Source: Minisyncoccota bacterium (GTDB lineage: Bacteria; Patescibacteriota; Minisyncoccia; Phycocordibacterales; Zambryskibacteraceae). Taken from it: a stretch of 64,000 nucleotides of DNA. A program made the translations under genes and the position numbers. Below the pieces are notes generated by a model. The model saw nothing but the letters and a program-made list of their open reading frames with translations, made no database searches and was not told where the DNA came from. Location of the stretch: positions 27,821 through 91,820 of the forward strand of contig JAGVCW010000021.1 of NCBI GenBank assembly GCA_020059045.1. Direction: 5' to 3'. Positions 1-10,186 of the stretch are shown piece after piece. Positions within the stretch are counted from its first letter, which is position 1. Each line of letters begins with the position of its first letter.

Positions 1-1
1 C

Positions 2-2101
2 ATTGATGCTGGTAAGACCACCACATCTGAGCGGGTTTTGTATTACACAGGTTCTCAGCACAAGATTGGAGAAGTGCACGAAGGAGACACTACTACAGAC
101 TGGATGGAACAAGAGCGTGAAAGAGGGATCACCATCACCGCAGCCGCTATTACATGCTTTTGGGCACCCACATATCTTTCTGCCGATGAACGCAAAAAGA
201 CAGAAAACAAATATCGTTTCAATGTCATAGACACACCCGGTCACATCGACTTCACAGTAGAGGTCAAGCGTTCGCTTCGAGTTCTCGATGGTGCGGTTGT
301 AGTGTTTGACGGAGTTGCAGGTGTAGAGCCTCAGTCAGAGACCAACTGGCGTTATGCAGAAGAAGCTCAAGTTCCTAGAATTTGCTTTATAAACAAGTTA
401 GACAGAACTGGTGCAAGTTTTGAGCGTTCATACAAATCGATTCTCGATAGACTTTCGAAGAAAGCAGTGCGAATGCAGATCCCACTTGGTGAAGAAGACG
501 CACACGAAGGTGTGATCGATCTTCTCAAGATGAAGATGTACAAGTTTGAAGGTGAGCTTGGCCGTGATGTAGTTGAACACGATATCCCAGCTGAACTCAA
601 GGCTGATGCGGATAAGTATCGTCATGAGCTTGTAGAGAGAATCGTAGAAAACGATGACGGCCTAATGAGCGCGTATCTAGAAGGTCGTGAAGTAGCACTC
701 GAAGATTTAAAGAAGACATTGCGTAAAGCTGTTATCGAAAACAAAATTTTTCCTGTTTTTACAGGCTCTGCTCTCAAGAACAAAGGTGTACAACTAGTGC
801 TTGACTCAGTTGTAGACTATCTTCCATCTCCACTCGATATCCCACCAATCAAAGGAGTGGATCCTCGCAATGGTGAAGAAGTAATACGCCATGCATCAGA
901 CACGGATCCCTTCGCGGCCCTTGCTTTCAAACTTCAAGCAGATCCATTTGTCGGTCAACTCACATTTTTCCGAGTATACTCGGGAACAATCGAGGCTGGA
1001 ACATATTTATATAATTCAACCACAGGTGAGAAGGAGCGCCTTGGCCGCATAGTGCGTCTCCAGGCAAATGATCGTGAAGAGGTGAAGAAAGTTTACGCTG
1101 GAGAGATTGCAGCCGCAGTAGGACTCAAAAATGCTAAAACATCTCACACTTTTTGCGATGAAGACCATCCTATAATCCTCGATCAGATTACATTTCCAGA
1201 ACCCGTTATCTCACTGCGTATTGAACCTAAGACCAAAGCTGATCAGGAGAAGATGGGACTTGCGCTCAAACGTCTTTCAGACGAGGACCCAACATTTAGA
1301 ATCAAGTCAGACCAAGAGACTGGTGAAACAGTGATCATGGGAATGGGAGAGCTACATCTTGAGATCATTGTTGACCGAATGAAGCGGGAGTTCAGCGTTG
1401 AAGCAAATGTTGGTAAGCCACAAGTGGCCTACAAGGAAACAATCATGGGTGAGGCAGAGGTTGAGAACAAGTACATCAAGCAGTCAGGAGGTAAGGGTCA
1501 GTATGGTCACGTTAGAATAACTATCAAGCCTCTTGAGAAAAGAGATCCAGAAGCGAAAGTTCCTAAGAATGTCAAAATTTCTGAAGGCTTTGAGTTTATA
1601 GACTCGATTAAAGGAGGTGTTATCCCACAAGAGTTCATCCCAGCTGTTGAGAAGGGAGTTAAGGAAGCGATGGAGCGTGGGGTTACTGCTGGATACAAAA
1701 TGACAGATATTTCATGTGAGCTAACGTTTGGAAGTTATCACGATGTTGACTCCTCAGAAATCGCTTACAAGATAGCAGCATCACAAGCTTTCCAGGAAGC
1801 TGCAAGAAAAGCAAAGCCAGTTATTCTTGAACCAATTATGAAAGTAGAAGTGGTGGTACCAGACAAGTTCATGGGTGACATCACAGGAAACCTATCGTCA
1901 CGTCGTGGCCAAGTGGAAGGTATGGAAGAGCGTGGAGAGCTAAAAGTCATTCGTGCCAAGGTTCCTCTGGCAGAAATGTTTGGCTATGTAACAAGTCTCC
2001 GATCAATGACCGAAGGTCGTGGATCTTCTACCATGGAATTCGATCACTACGAGGTGGTACCGGCTAACGTGGCGTTATCTATTATTGAATCTAGGAAATA
2101 A
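2..2101 (+). CDS. fusA: Elongation factor G, 5'-truncated by the window edge
   Basis: Frame opens at nt 2 with the G1 motif [22 protein letters not shown] and DTPGHIDF motifs are present and the C-terminal domains are full length. Stop at 2101. Confidence 0.95.
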   Translation: MDAGKTTTSERVLYYTGSQHKIGEVHEGDTTTDWMEQERERGITITAAAITCFWAPTYLSADERKKTENKYRFNVIDTPGHIDFTVEVKRSLRVLDGAVVVFDGVAGVEPQSETNWRYAEEAQVPRICFINKLDRTGASFERSYKSILDRLSKKAVRMQIPLGEEDAHEGVIDLLKMKMYKFEGELGRDVVEHDIPAELKADADKYRHELVERIVENDDGLMSAYLEGREVALEDLKKTLRKAVIENKIFPVFTGSALKNKGVQLVLDSVVDYLPSPLDIPPIKGVDPRNGEEVIRHASDTDPFAALAFKLQADPFVGQLTFFRVYSGTIEAGTYLYNSTTGEKERLGRIVRLQANDREEVKKVYAGEIAAAVGLKNAKTSHTFCDEDHPIILDQITFPEPVISLRIEPKTKADQEKMGLALKRLSDEDPTFRIKSDQETGETVIMGMGELHLEIIVDRMKREFSVEANVGKPQVAYKETIMGEAEVENKYIKQSGGKGQYGHVRITIKPLEKRDPEAKVPKNVKISEGFEFIDSIKGGVIPQEFIPAVEKGVKEAMERGVTAGYKMTDISCELTFGSYHDVDSSEIAYKIAASQAFQEAARKAKPVILEPIMKVEVVVPDKFMGDITGNLSSRRGQVEGMEERGELKVIRAKVPLAEMFGYVTSLRSMTEGRGSSTMEFDHYEVVPANVALSIIESRK

Positions 2102-2171
2102 AATAAGTTACTACTCGTAGTATTACCACTTCTCGCCCCGTACGAAATCCGCCGCTTATCTGTGGTAGTTA

Positions 2172-2200
2172 TTGACTTATGGAGTATTAGTCTGTATAAT
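2172..2200 (+). promoter_or_regulatory. Sigma70-like promoter, TTGACT-17-TATAAT
   Basis: TTGACT at 2172-2177, a 17 nt spacer, and TATAAT at 2195-2200, immediately downstream of fusA. Confidence 0.5.
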
Positions 2201-2234
2201 TTACAAAGATTTAGAACCTCTAATGGGAGGCAAC

Positions 2235-2549
2235 ATGTTTTATTGGTGGGAGCGAACTTGGGAAGAAACAGATATAAGAATTTTCTTAGGAATGTTTGTC
2301 TTTCTCGGCTGGGTTTATTCCTTCTTCGCTTTTATTCACCGGGGGAGTGATATTCATAATGATTTTTATGGTTTGGTGCTTGTTTTTGGTTTTGCATTAT
2401 TCTGGGGCCTACTTTCTTTTTCAGCTTCTTGGAGTGTCTATCCGCGCAAGATGGCTCCGTTCCTCCTAGCTGCTCCATTTGTTGGGCTCATCATGGGTCT
2501 TGTTCCTTACCTGCTTACATACATAATTATACAAATTGCAGGGACGTAG
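2235..2549 (+). CDS. Small hydrophobic membrane protein (hypothetical)
   Basis: The ORF-track start at 2172 falls inside the promoter. The ATG at 2235 is preceded by GGGAGG. About 105 aa with 3-4 predicted TM helices. Confidence 0.45.
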   Translation: MFYWWERTWEETDIRIFLGMFVFLGWVYSFFAFIHRGSDIHNDFYGLVLVFGFALFWGLLSFSASWSVYPRKMAPFLLAAPFVGLIMGLVPYLLTYIIIQIAGT

Positions 2550-2579
2550 AAAATTTGCAGCAGTAACTTCAAGTACACT

Positions 2580-2602
2580 CCACGATGATATCGTGGTTTT
2601 TT
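2580..2602 (+). terminator. Rho-independent terminator
   Basis: Hairpin CCACGAT-gat-ATCGTGG followed by TTTTTT. Confidence 0.6.
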
Positions 2603-2669
2603 CATATAAAAAATTACTAAATAAAAATCTCCCGCTTCTCGAGTAGAGAATGGGAGATGCGGATTGAGG

Positions 2670-3170
2670 TTAATCTTTGATAGGAACTTCATCAGTGCTA
2701 CTCGCTCCGAAGATTCGTACGGGGTCTGCATTTTCCTGTCTTGAAAGATTTATCTCGTACTGATACAACAATGTGGGCAAAAGATATTTTTGAAGAAACT
2801 TTGCAAGGAGAGCAAGTTTCTCCTCTGGCGATTTGCCGAATGAATATATTGGCCCCCACAAATCTTCTTCGAAGAAAAGAGTTGCTTCGAAATATTCACT
2901 AGACACTATTGTCTCATGTGCCTTGCCACCTTTCTCATGACCTTCGTGTGTTTTACCATTGAGTTTAAGATGGTTTAGGATAATACCAGTAAGTGCAAAA
3001 AGATAGTCACTCCACTTAAGCTCGCTATGTTCAGTTCCAATCAAAAGCATTTCTCTACTTGCTTTTTCGAGCAGATGCTGCCTCTGCATTTCGCGTCTTT
3101 GCCATGCTGGCATTGTATTCGGCATTCGCCTCTCCTTTGGATGTAGGTACTTCTTGATCGAGCCTATCAC
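2670..3170 (-). CDS. Hypothetical protein
   Basis: 166 aa ORF with its own hairpin plus T-run terminator downstream (2627-2658, minus strand). No family recognised. Confidence 0.5.
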   Translation of the reverse strand: MIGSIKKYLHPKERRMPNTMPAWQRREMQRQHLLEKASREMLLIGTEHSELKWSDYLFALTGIILNHLKLNGKTHEGHEKGGKAHETIVSSEYFEATLFFEEDLWGPIYSFGKSPEEKLALLAKFLQKYLLPTLLYQYEINLSRQENADPVRIFGASSTDEVPIKD

Positions 3171-3254
3171 TCAAGTTTAAAAAAATCAATAAAAAGTTGA
3201 CAAGTATAGAACTTTATTTTACTCTTTCTCATAGAATGAATCCTTGGAGGAAGA

Positions 3255-3722
3255 GTGAAAGGAACGAGGGCAAGCCAGATAGAAGCCAAAGCAAGAAGCT
3301 TGGCAGGTTCAATACACCACCTTCTTGAGCGTGGCGAAGGACTAGTTGTAAATGTCCATATATCGAAACGTGTTAGTTCTCGAATTCAAGTAAGGGACGG
3401 CAGAATGAAATCTACTCGCCGTACGGAAGGACAGTTAGCCAATAGTGAGTGGAAACGTTTATTGAAACTTAGCCACAAGTTGTCTACTCAACTCTGGAAA
3501 GAGAAGGGAATAAATCCTATGTGTGACCTTGTAGCTATGCTTGCCAGAAACGGAAATAAACCTGTTCTGATTGGGAATATATGGACGAATTGGCCCGCTA
3601 GTCTTGGGTTTTGGTCTTTTCGAGATAGATTGAACGCTCTAATTCGTGACGAAGGAATGATGGTTCGTTTGCAGTACCTCAATCGTGACGACAGGCGAGT
3701 TAAATTTTTTAGGGTCAAGTAA
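3255..3722 (+). CDS. Hypothetical basic protein (GTG start)
   Basis: Candidate promoter TTGACA(3198)-17-TACTCT upstream. GGAGG lies 4 nt before the GTG start. Confidence 0.45.
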   Translation: MKGTRASQIEAKARSLAGSIHHLLERGEGLVVNVHISKRVSSRIQVRDGRMKSTRRTEGQLANSEWKRLLKLSHKLSTQLWKEKGINPMCDLVAMLARNGNKPVLIGNIWTNWPASLGFWSFRDRLNALIRDEGMMVRLQYLNRDDRRVKFFRVK

Positions 3723-3831
3723 CTGCACGGTATTTTATATGATGGCCGTGTTTTTTATACCTAGACTTTTCTTGATTTACCTGTAATCTCAAAAAAAGAA
3801 GCTCACTTACAATCTGCCACCAAGGTTCTTC

Positions 3832-4422
3832 ATGACTTATATTTCGGAGGGAGATCGTCGGTTCTGGCAAAGGAAGTACCCAGAGTTGACTGACCCGAAG
3901 AGATGGGATGATAAAGTCTGGAAAAGTGTAAAAATTGGAATGCACGCATCTCCAAATGCTTTGATAGCAGAAGTACGAGAAAAAGGTTTTGAAGTGGGAG
4001 AAGAAACTGTGCACATCTTACATAGTGTTACTTCAGAACCACGAACAGTTGAGCTCGTTCGTATGGAGAAGTGGAATATCACTCGCTGCATCACGCCAGG
4101 CATTGATGAGGATTGGTTGGCGAGACATCTCCCGATCTTTGGTCTAGAACCTGCAAACCCAGAAATTGCACTTGCACTACGCATGGACTACAGCGATCAG
4201 CCAGAAGGTGAAGAATTGGGAGTAGTTGTGGAAGATGCAAGAATTTGGCAGTTCGATCCTTCAGAGCTAGTCCATACAGGTGAGGCTCGTCCAGGTATAA
4301 TTTCACTAAAAAATCTGAAGGGAAGTAAGCAAGTGAGAATCTGGACGGGGGATTACACTTCTGCTCCATGGAATTTTGCCCCAGTGTATGATTGGGTCTT
4401 TGCTCGAGTAACTCCAAGATGA
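3832..4422 (+). CDS. Hypothetical protein
   Basis: 196 aa ORF. No recognisable motif. Confidence 0.45.
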   Translation: MTYISEGDRRFWQRKYPELTDPKRWDDKVWKSVKIGMHASPNALIAEVREKGFEVGEETVHILHSVTSEPRTVELVRMEKWNITRCITPGIDEDWLARHLPIFGLEPANPEIALALRMDYSDQPEGEELGVVVEDARIWQFDPSELVHTGEARPGIISLKNLKGSKQVRIWTGDYTSAPWNFAPVYDWVFARVTPR

Positions 4423-4506
4423 CCATATATTGTCTTGGTTTTTTGTTTTCGTAGTGATCTTTTCCTCAACATAGAGTATTCTGGAGCGAGAGGCTTTCAT
4501 CCCAAA

Positions 4507-4923
4507 ATGGAGGCAGATATGTCAAAGAAACTTCGTAAGCAAGTATTGGGCGAGGCTACAACAGTTGTGCGTCGCGTAACATCCGTGCCACAGCGTGAGC
4601 TAGCAGAGTCAATAGGGATTGATATAAGCAATTGCACAATTGAAAATGCAAAACCAGTTATTGCTAATCGGCTTAGAGACGAGGCTTGGGAACTTGTAGA
4701 AAGGAACAGAATAGTTCCAGGATTAAAGTGTCTTTGTGATGGCGTACCATGCATTGTACAAAAGATTGGTAGTACAGCCCGCGGGTGGGGTAACCCTGGT
4801 GCGATAGTTGTAGTTCGTAAGCTTACTGAGCGTCCATGGACCGGCCATGTACGTCCATCGAGACTTACTGAATTCGATTACTCTCACCCAGTTTCCGTCG
4901 AGCCTAGAACCGCTGCCCCATAA
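4507..4923 (+). CDS. Hypothetical protein with a possible helix-turn-helix
   Basis: Probable start is MEADMSKK at 4507 (the ORF track opens at 4435). The segment PQRELAESIGIDISNCTI resembles an HTH. Confidence 0.4.
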   Translation: MEADMSKKLRKQVLGEATTVVRRVTSVPQRELAESIGIDISNCTIENAKPVIANRLRDEAWELVERNRIVPGLKCLCDGVPCIVQKIGSTARGWGNPGAIVVVRKLTERPWTGHVRPSRLTEFDYSHPVSVEPRTAAP

Positions 4924-5045
4924 TTTAGGAGCAGCTTTTTTCTTACCTGTTTTTGATTGAACAACTGCAATTCTCCAAGGATCTTTGGATAATTTTCGTT
5001 ATCCCGTTTTCATCCCCAGGATATTCACGATTTTTTAACCTTAAG

Positions 5046-5073
5046 TTTGACTATTCTACGCTCTCTGTTATGA
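5046..5073 (+). promoter_or_regulatory. Sigma70-like promoter upstream of tuf
   Basis: TTGACT at 5046-5051, a 16 nt spacer, and TATGAT at 5068-5073. Confidence 0.45.
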
Positions 5074-5305
5074 TGTTTCTCACGCTTTTCTCGATAGTAG
5101 TTTTTGGCTTTCCACGCTAGTTGCGGGACGAAACTTGGCCAAAATTTGCAATCAGTTGAGGCGATACTGTCCTTGCTTTGACAGGGAATTTTTTGTTTAT
5201 AAAAAGCATTATTAAAAGAAATTATTATTAGTAGCTCATTTGTATTAGTTGCTTCGGTCCGCTCGTTCTCGCGCAGCGAACCAAAGTAGTTATTACCACA
5301 TTATT

Positions 5306-6514
5306 ATGGCAGATTCACAAGCGTTTGATCGTTCCAAGCCTCACGTAAACGTGGGAACAATTGGTCATGTCGACCACGGCAAGACGACTCTCACAGCAAG
5401 TATTCTTCACATCCTTGATATGAACAAGGATAAGGGATATGGAGCTCGTGTAGAAGCTATAGACAAGATTGATAGTGCCCCAGAAGAGAAGGCCCGCGGT
5501 ATTACTATCGCTCTTCACCACTCAGAGTACTGGACCCCAAATCGTCACTACGCGCACATTGATGCTCCAGGTCACGCCGACTATATAAAGAACATGATTA
5601 CAGGTGCTGCCCAGATGGACGGCGCAGTACTCGTGGTTGCCGCAACTGACGGTGTTATGCCTCAGACTCGTGAGCACGTTCTACTTGCTCGCCAGGTTGG
5701 AGTGCCCAAGATCATAGTGTTTCTTAACAAGTGCGACATGGTTCCTGATAAAGAGCTTATAGATCTCGTGGAAGAAGAGGTTCGTGAACTTCTCACAAAG
5801 CAAGGTTTTGATGGTGCTAATACTCCGATTATCCGTGGTTCAGGTCTCAAGGCACTTGAAGCTAAAGCAGCGGATGACGAGTGGGCAATGAAAGTAATGG
5901 AACTTGTAAACACGCTCGATACTTTCATTCCAATGCCAGTTCGAGAAATCGACAAAGCATTCCTTATGCCAGTTGAAGACATCTTCTCTATTGAAGGTCG
6001 AGGCACGGTGGTAACAGGAAGAATTGAGAGAGGTCAAGTGAAGGTGAACGAAGAGATTGAGGTTATCGGTCTCAAGGACACTGCAAAGACTGTAGTCACA
6101 GGTATCGAAATGTTCAATAAGCAGCTCGATTCAGGTATGGCTGGAGACAATGCTGGTATTCTTCTCCGAGGATTGAAAAAGGAGGACATTACACGTGGTC
6201 AGGTTCTTGCAAAGCCAGGTTCAGTTACACCTCATACGGAGTTTGAATCAGAGGTCTACATCTTGAAGAAGGAAGAAGGCGGACGCCACACGCCATTCTT
6301 TACTGGTTACAAACCACAATTCTATGTTAGAACTACAGACGTTACAGGTGAAGTAACTTTGCCTGAGAAAGTAGAAATGGTTATGCCAGGAGACACAGTT
6401 ACATTCAAGGTCAAACTTGTAGCTCCAGTTGCGCTTGAAGCTCAACAGAGATTTGCTATCCGAGAGGGTGGTAAGACTGTTGGAGCAGGGGTGGTTACGA
6501 AGATAACGGCTTAA
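5306..6514 (+). CDS. tuf: Elongation factor Tu
   Basis: [15 protein letters not shown] and NKCD motifs. Start chosen at [22 protein letters not shown], which aligns with the canonical EF-Tu N-terminus. The ORF track extends 19 codons further upstream. Confidence 0.95.
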   Translation: MADSQAFDRSKPHVNVGTIGHVDHGKTTLTASILHILDMNKDKGYGARVEAIDKIDSAPEEKARGITIALHHSEYWTPNRHYAHIDAPGHADYIKNMITGAAQMDGAVLVVAATDGVMPQTREHVLLARQVGVPKIIVFLNKCDMVPDKELIDLVEEEVRELLTKQGFDGANTPIIRGSGLKALEAKAADDEWAMKVMELVNTLDTFIPMPVREIDKAFLMPVEDIFSIEGRGTVVTGRIERGQVKVNEEIEVIGLKDTAKTVVTGIEMFNKQLDSGMAGDNAGILLRGLKKEDITRGQVLAKPGSVTPHTEFESEVYILKKEEGGRHTPFFTGYKPQFYVRTTDVTGEVTLPEKVEMVMPGDTVTFKVKLVAPVALEAQQRFAIREGGKTVGAGVVTKITA

Positions 6515-6639
6515 CAAGTTGAGAAGTTTAATAAGTTGTATAAATTTAATAAGTTTGAATTCAAAACTTATTAAACTTATAAGCACTAGCCAAGTCAGGC
6601 AGATGCGGAACTTATGTAACTTAATAACTAGTTCATTAC

Positions 6640-7026
6640 ATGCCCAAAGCAAAAATAAAAAAAGAAGCTCCTAAGAAAAAGAAAAGTGACTCCAAGGTGA
6701 GTAAGGCTAAAGAAGAGACTGTCTCAAAGCTACGTATTCGAGTCCGAGCCTATGAGTACAAAATTCTTGATGTATCTGTAAAGCAGATCATAGACACAGC
6801 ACTAAGGTTTGACGCCCAAGTGCTTGGTCCTATACCGCTTCCAACAGAAATCAAGAAATATACTGTCAATCGTTCCTCATTTGTGTACAAAAATGCGCGA
6901 GAGCAGTTTGAAATGAGGATTCATAAGCGATTGATAGATATAGTAAACCCTACTCCGAAGTTGATTGAGTCACTTACCAACTTGTCCCTTCCATCAGGAG
7001 TGAACATAGATGTGAAATTGATGTGA
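6640..7026 (+). CDS. rpsJ: Ribosomal protein S10 with a Lys-rich N-terminal extension
   Basis: [13 protein letters not shown]...[22 protein letters not shown] matches the S10 core. Confidence 0.9.
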   Translation: MPKAKIKKEAPKKKKSDSKVSKAKEETVSKLRIRVRAYEYKILDVSVKQIIDTALRFDAQVLGPIPLPTEIKKYTVNRSSFVYKNAREQFEMRIHKRLIDIVNPTPKLIESLTNLSLPSGVNIDVKLM

Positions 7027-7208
7027 TAGAGAAATAACGAACGAAGTGAGTATATTTCTCATCATCCCTCCCCACTTTCACTGTTGATATTAAAAGAATT
7101 ACTTAACACTGAATGGCCGATTTTAGCTAAAGTTATTTATTAATGTCGTTAGTGAAAGTGGGGAGGGATCACGATTGTTTCTAACTCGCTTCGCTCATAA
7201 GAAAAAAC
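7027..7208 (+). repeat. Intergenic palindromic element, family B, copy 1
   Basis: Starts AACGAACGAAGTGAGTA after the rpsJ stop. Contains an internal 20 bp perfect inverted repeat (CATCCCTCCCCACTTTCACT / AGTGAAAGTGGGGAGGGATC). Ends CTAACTCGCTTCGCTCATAAGAAAAAAC directly before the rplC GTG. Confidence 0.7.
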
Positions 7209-7817
7209 GTGAAATTTATCCTCGCAAAAAAGAATAGAATGTCAGAAGTCTTTACTGAGAGTGGTTTGGTAATTCCTGTTACTATTCTTTCTGCTACTCC
7301 TATGGTGGTAACTCAGATGAAAGATGAGTCGACCGACGGGTACAAAGCTGTACAAGTAGGATTTGGTACACGCAGAGAAAAGAGAATAAACAAGGCGGTA
7401 AAAGGGCATACCAAGGAGCTTGGCAATTTTCTAAAGCTAAAAGAATTTCGCCTCAAGGATGATACATTTGTCCGCGGTGACAAGATAGATGTTTCTGTCT
7501 TTACTGCAGGAGATGTGGTTGAAGTCTCAGCCATTTCTAAGGGTAAAGGTTTCCAAGGTGTCGTGAAGCGCCACGGATTTGCCGGTGGTCCACGAAGTCA
7601 TGGGCAGAAACACTCAGAGCGTGAGCCAGGATCTATCGGCGGAGGATTGCGTACACATGTTCCGAAAGGTATGCGCATGGCAGGGCGAATGGGTGGCGAT
7701 CGTATAACCGTAAGGAATCTTAAAGTTGTCGAGGTTAATCCTACAGAGAATATTATTTTAGTTTCTGGCGCGGTGCCGGGGAGAAGAGGAACGATTGTCG
7801 AAATCAGAGGTAAATAA
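7209..7817 (+). CDS. rplC: Ribosomal protein L3 (GTG start)
   Basis: MKFILAKKNRMSEVF follows the MKGLIGKKVGMTQIF pattern. GKGFQGVVKRHGF and GGDRITVRNLKVV motifs present. Confidence 0.9.
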   Translation: MKFILAKKNRMSEVFTESGLVIPVTILSATPMVVTQMKDESTDGYKAVQVGFGTRREKRINKAVKGHTKELGNFLKLKEFRLKDDTFVRGDKIDVSVFTAGDVVEVSAISKGKGFQGVVKRHGFAGGPRSHGQKHSEREPGSIGGGLRTHVPKGMRMAGRMGGDRITVRNLKVVEVNPTENIILVSGAVPGRRGTIVEIRGK

Positions 7818-7888
7818 GTTGTAGATGTTCTAAATGTTATATATGTCTGACAATTACAACAACTAGAACAATTACAACAATTAGAACC
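7818..7888 (+). repeat. Intergenic hairpin element, family A, copy 1
   Basis: GTTGTAGATGTTCTAAATGTT...TGTCTGACAAT...ACAACAACTAGAACAATTACAACA. The arms around a TGTCWGACA core are reverse complements. Confidence 0.65.
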
Positions 7889-8659
7889 ATGGACACAACA
7901 GTTTATAACCAAAAAGGTGATTCAGTAGGGAAGATTAAGATTCCTGAATCAGTTTTCGGCGTGAAGTGGAATTCTGACATGGTTCACCAAGTTGTGACGT
8001 CCATGACATCTAGTGCGCGCAGAAACACGGCTCATACAAAGACTCGTGGGGAAGTACGGGGAGGAGGCAAGAAGCCTTGGAAGCAGAAGGGTACAGGACA
8101 GGCTCGTCACGGCTCGACTCGTTCACCAATATGGGTAGGAGGAGGTGTGGCACACGGTCCAAGAAACGATAAGAATTATGATCGCAAGGTGAATCGCAAA
8201 ATGAAGACCAAGGCTCTGTTTGCTATACTTTCTAGAAAGCTAAGTGATGGAGAAATAATTTTTATAGATGCGATTACAATGGGAGAAGCGAAGACAAAGA
8301 ATGCAATCAATATTATTTCAAATTTGAGAAAAATTGAGGGTTTCGATAAGATCTTTAATAAAAAGAAAAACAGTGCTCTCATTACTCTTGGCGAGAAAGA
8401 CGATTCTATAACAAGAAGTTTTAAAAACATAGGGAACGTGAGTGTCGATGAAATTCGTAATATAAACCCAGTTACACTTTTAAATTACAAAGCTCTCATC
8501 ATTTTAAATCCAGAAGCGTCTCTTCGATTACTTGAATCAAGGCTTAAGCAGAAAGCTACAGGTGATGCAGAAGGAGTGATAAAGAAAAAGTTTACAGCTA
8601 AAAAGAAAGGAGCTACAACAAAGAAAAAAGTAGTAGCTGCAAAGCCAAAGTCTTTATAA
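7889..8659 (+). CDS. rplD: Ribosomal protein L4 with a Lys-rich C-terminal tail
   Basis: RGGGKKPWKQKGTGQARHGSTRSPIWVGGGVAHGP motif. Confidence 0.9.
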   Translation: MDTTVYNQKGDSVGKIKIPESVFGVKWNSDMVHQVVTSMTSSARRNTAHTKTRGEVRGGGKKPWKQKGTGQARHGSTRSPIWVGGGVAHGPRNDKNYDRKVNRKMKTKALFAILSRKLSDGEIIFIDAITMGEAKTKNAINIISNLRKIEGFDKIFNKKKNSALITLGEKDDSITRSFKNIGNVSVDEIRNINPVTLLNYKALIILNPEASLRLLESRLKQKATGDAEGVIKKKFTAKKKGATTKKKVVAAKPKSL

Positions 8660-8669
8660 CAACTCATTT

Positions 8670-9050
8670 ATGGCCCTATTTTCAAAAAAACCCAAAGAAA
8701 AAGTTAAGAAAGACTCTCCAAAGAGTGTTTCACCAGAAGGACCTGTCGCATCAATCGAAACGATGGGTGGTACATCTTTTGCCCATATTCTCTTGCAGCC
8801 ACGTATTACGGAGAAAGCATCTCTCAAGGCAGAGAGCAATAATGTTTATGTCTTTGAAGTAAGCCCTCGTGCGTCAAAAAGTGACATAAGGCAGGCAGTG
8901 AAAGAAATTTATAAAGTGTCTCCAGAAAAAGTTTCTGTCGCACGAATCCCAAGTAAAAGTATTGTGGTTCGTGGTAAGCAAGGTGTGCGATCAGGTGGCA
9001 AGAAAGCCTATGTGTACCTGAAGAAGGGAGAGAAGATAGAGGTAATTTAG
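8670..9050 (+). CDS. rplW: Ribosomal protein L23
   Basis: ILLQPRITEKAS...YVFEVSPRASKSDIRQAVKEIYKV. Confidence 0.85.
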   Translation: MALFSKKPKEKVKKDSPKSVSPEGPVASIETMGGTSFAHILLQPRITEKASLKAESNNVYVFEVSPRASKSDIRQAVKEIYKVSPEKVSVARIPSKSIVVRGKQGVRSGGKKAYVYLKKGEKIEVI

Positions 9051-9225
9051 AAATTCAACGAACGAAGTGAGTATGAATTACTTAACCCCAACAAATTTTA
9101 TAGATACACAATTACCCAATTATTCTTGTGTATTTAATAACCACGAGTTATTATCCTTGGGCAATTTCTCAACGATAAAATTTGAGGGGGTCATGATTTT
9201 CTAATCGCTCTGCTCAAGAAAATCT
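9051..9225 (+). repeat. Intergenic palindromic element, family B, copy 2
   Basis: Starts AACGAACGAAGTGAGTATG. Internal inverted repeat CCCCAACAAATTTT / AAAATTTGAGGGGG. Ends CTAATCGCTCTGCTCAAGAAAATCT directly before the rplB ATG. Confidence 0.65.
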
Positions 9226-10065
9226 ATGAAACATTACAAACCAACAACCAAATCGCGAAGACAGATGACCGGTATAGACTACGGGAAAGTTTTGACCGCG
9301 AAAGATCCTTTGAAAAGTCTTACTCATGGAACTAAGCGTGATGTAGGCCGCAACCACCATGGTCGTGTTACAACACGTCACAAGGGAGGTGGGCACAAGC
9401 GTCTTTTCAGAGACATTGATTTTACATACAACAAATTTGATATTCCATTCAAAGTTTTAACAGTAGAATACGATCCAAACAGAACTGGTTTCATTGGCAT
9501 TGTAGTCTACAAGGATGGAGAAAAGAGATATGTCTTACTCCACAAAGGAGCGCGTGTTGGTGATACCTATATAGTTTCAGCTAAGGCTCCAGAGACAGTG
9601 GGCAACCGCCTGCCACTTGGCAAAATCACAGTGGGTACTTTCGTGTACAACGTAGAAGTTAAACCTCGTGGAGGTGCAAGGCTTGCAAGAAGCGCAGGTA
9701 ACTACATAGAAGTTGTTGCAAAGGATGCAGGCTACGTGGATCTTAAAATGCCATCTACAGAAGTAAGAAAAGTTTTAGAGACTTGCTGGGCGACAATCGG
9801 TGAAGTATCAAACGATGAGAACAGACTAGTAAATATCGGAAAAGCTGGAAGAAGTCGCTGGCTTGGTATAAGGCCTACTGTTCGTGGTTCTGCTATGAAC
9901 CCAGTAGATCATCCACACGGTGGAGGAGAGGGTCGTTCAGGACGCGGACGACGTCGAGCAGTGAGTGCATTTGGCAAACCAACAGGCAAGGGGCAGAAGT
10001 CTCGTACTCCAAAGAAATATTCAAACAAATTTATTGTTCGTCGCAGAAAAGTAGGAAAGAAGTAG
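9226..10065 (+). CDS. rplB: Ribosomal protein L2
   Basis: GRNHHGRVTTRHKGGGHKR...MNPVDHPHGGGEGR. Confidence 0.95.
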   Translation: MKHYKPTTKSRRQMTGIDYGKVLTAKDPLKSLTHGTKRDVGRNHHGRVTTRHKGGGHKRLFRDIDFTYNKFDIPFKVLTVEYDPNRTGFIGIVVYKDGEKRYVLLHKGARVGDTYIVSAKAPETVGNRLPLGKITVGTFVYNVEVKPRGGARLARSAGNYIEVVAKDAGYVDLKMPSTEVRKVLETCWATIGEVSNDENRLVNIGKAGRSRWLGIRPTVRGSAMNPVDHPHGGGEGRSGRGRRRAVSAFGKPTGKGQKSRTPKKYSNKFIVRRRKVGKK

Positions 10066-10095
10066 GATGATAAAGAGTAACCTACGACCGACAAC

Positions 10096-10114
10096 ACTAC
10101 TGAGTGGAAGCCGA
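10096..10114. repeat. GTGGAAGCCGAGCTTCCA(C) hairpin, copy 1 (second copy at 19098)
   Basis: 18-nt exact palindromic hairpin. It sits after the rplB stop and again after the rplE stop, in both cases at an operon interruption point. Confidence 0.55.
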
Positions 10115-10146
10115 GCTTCCAAAAATGTCTGTATTTCTTGCATAGC

Positions 10147-10175
10147 AGTGTAAATAAAAAAGCCCCGCATGTTTA
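10147..10175 (-). terminator. Rho-independent terminator for the minus-strand MYG1-like gene
   Basis: AGCCCCATAAACATGCGGGGCT followed by TTTTTT when read on the minus strand. Confidence 0.55.
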
Positions 10176-10186
10176 TGGGGCTACGG

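Noticed and set aside
2172-2234. Upstream extension of the small membrane ORF to 2172
   Set aside because: It would start inside the -35 box of the predicted promoter. An ATG with a GGGAGG SD is available at 2235.
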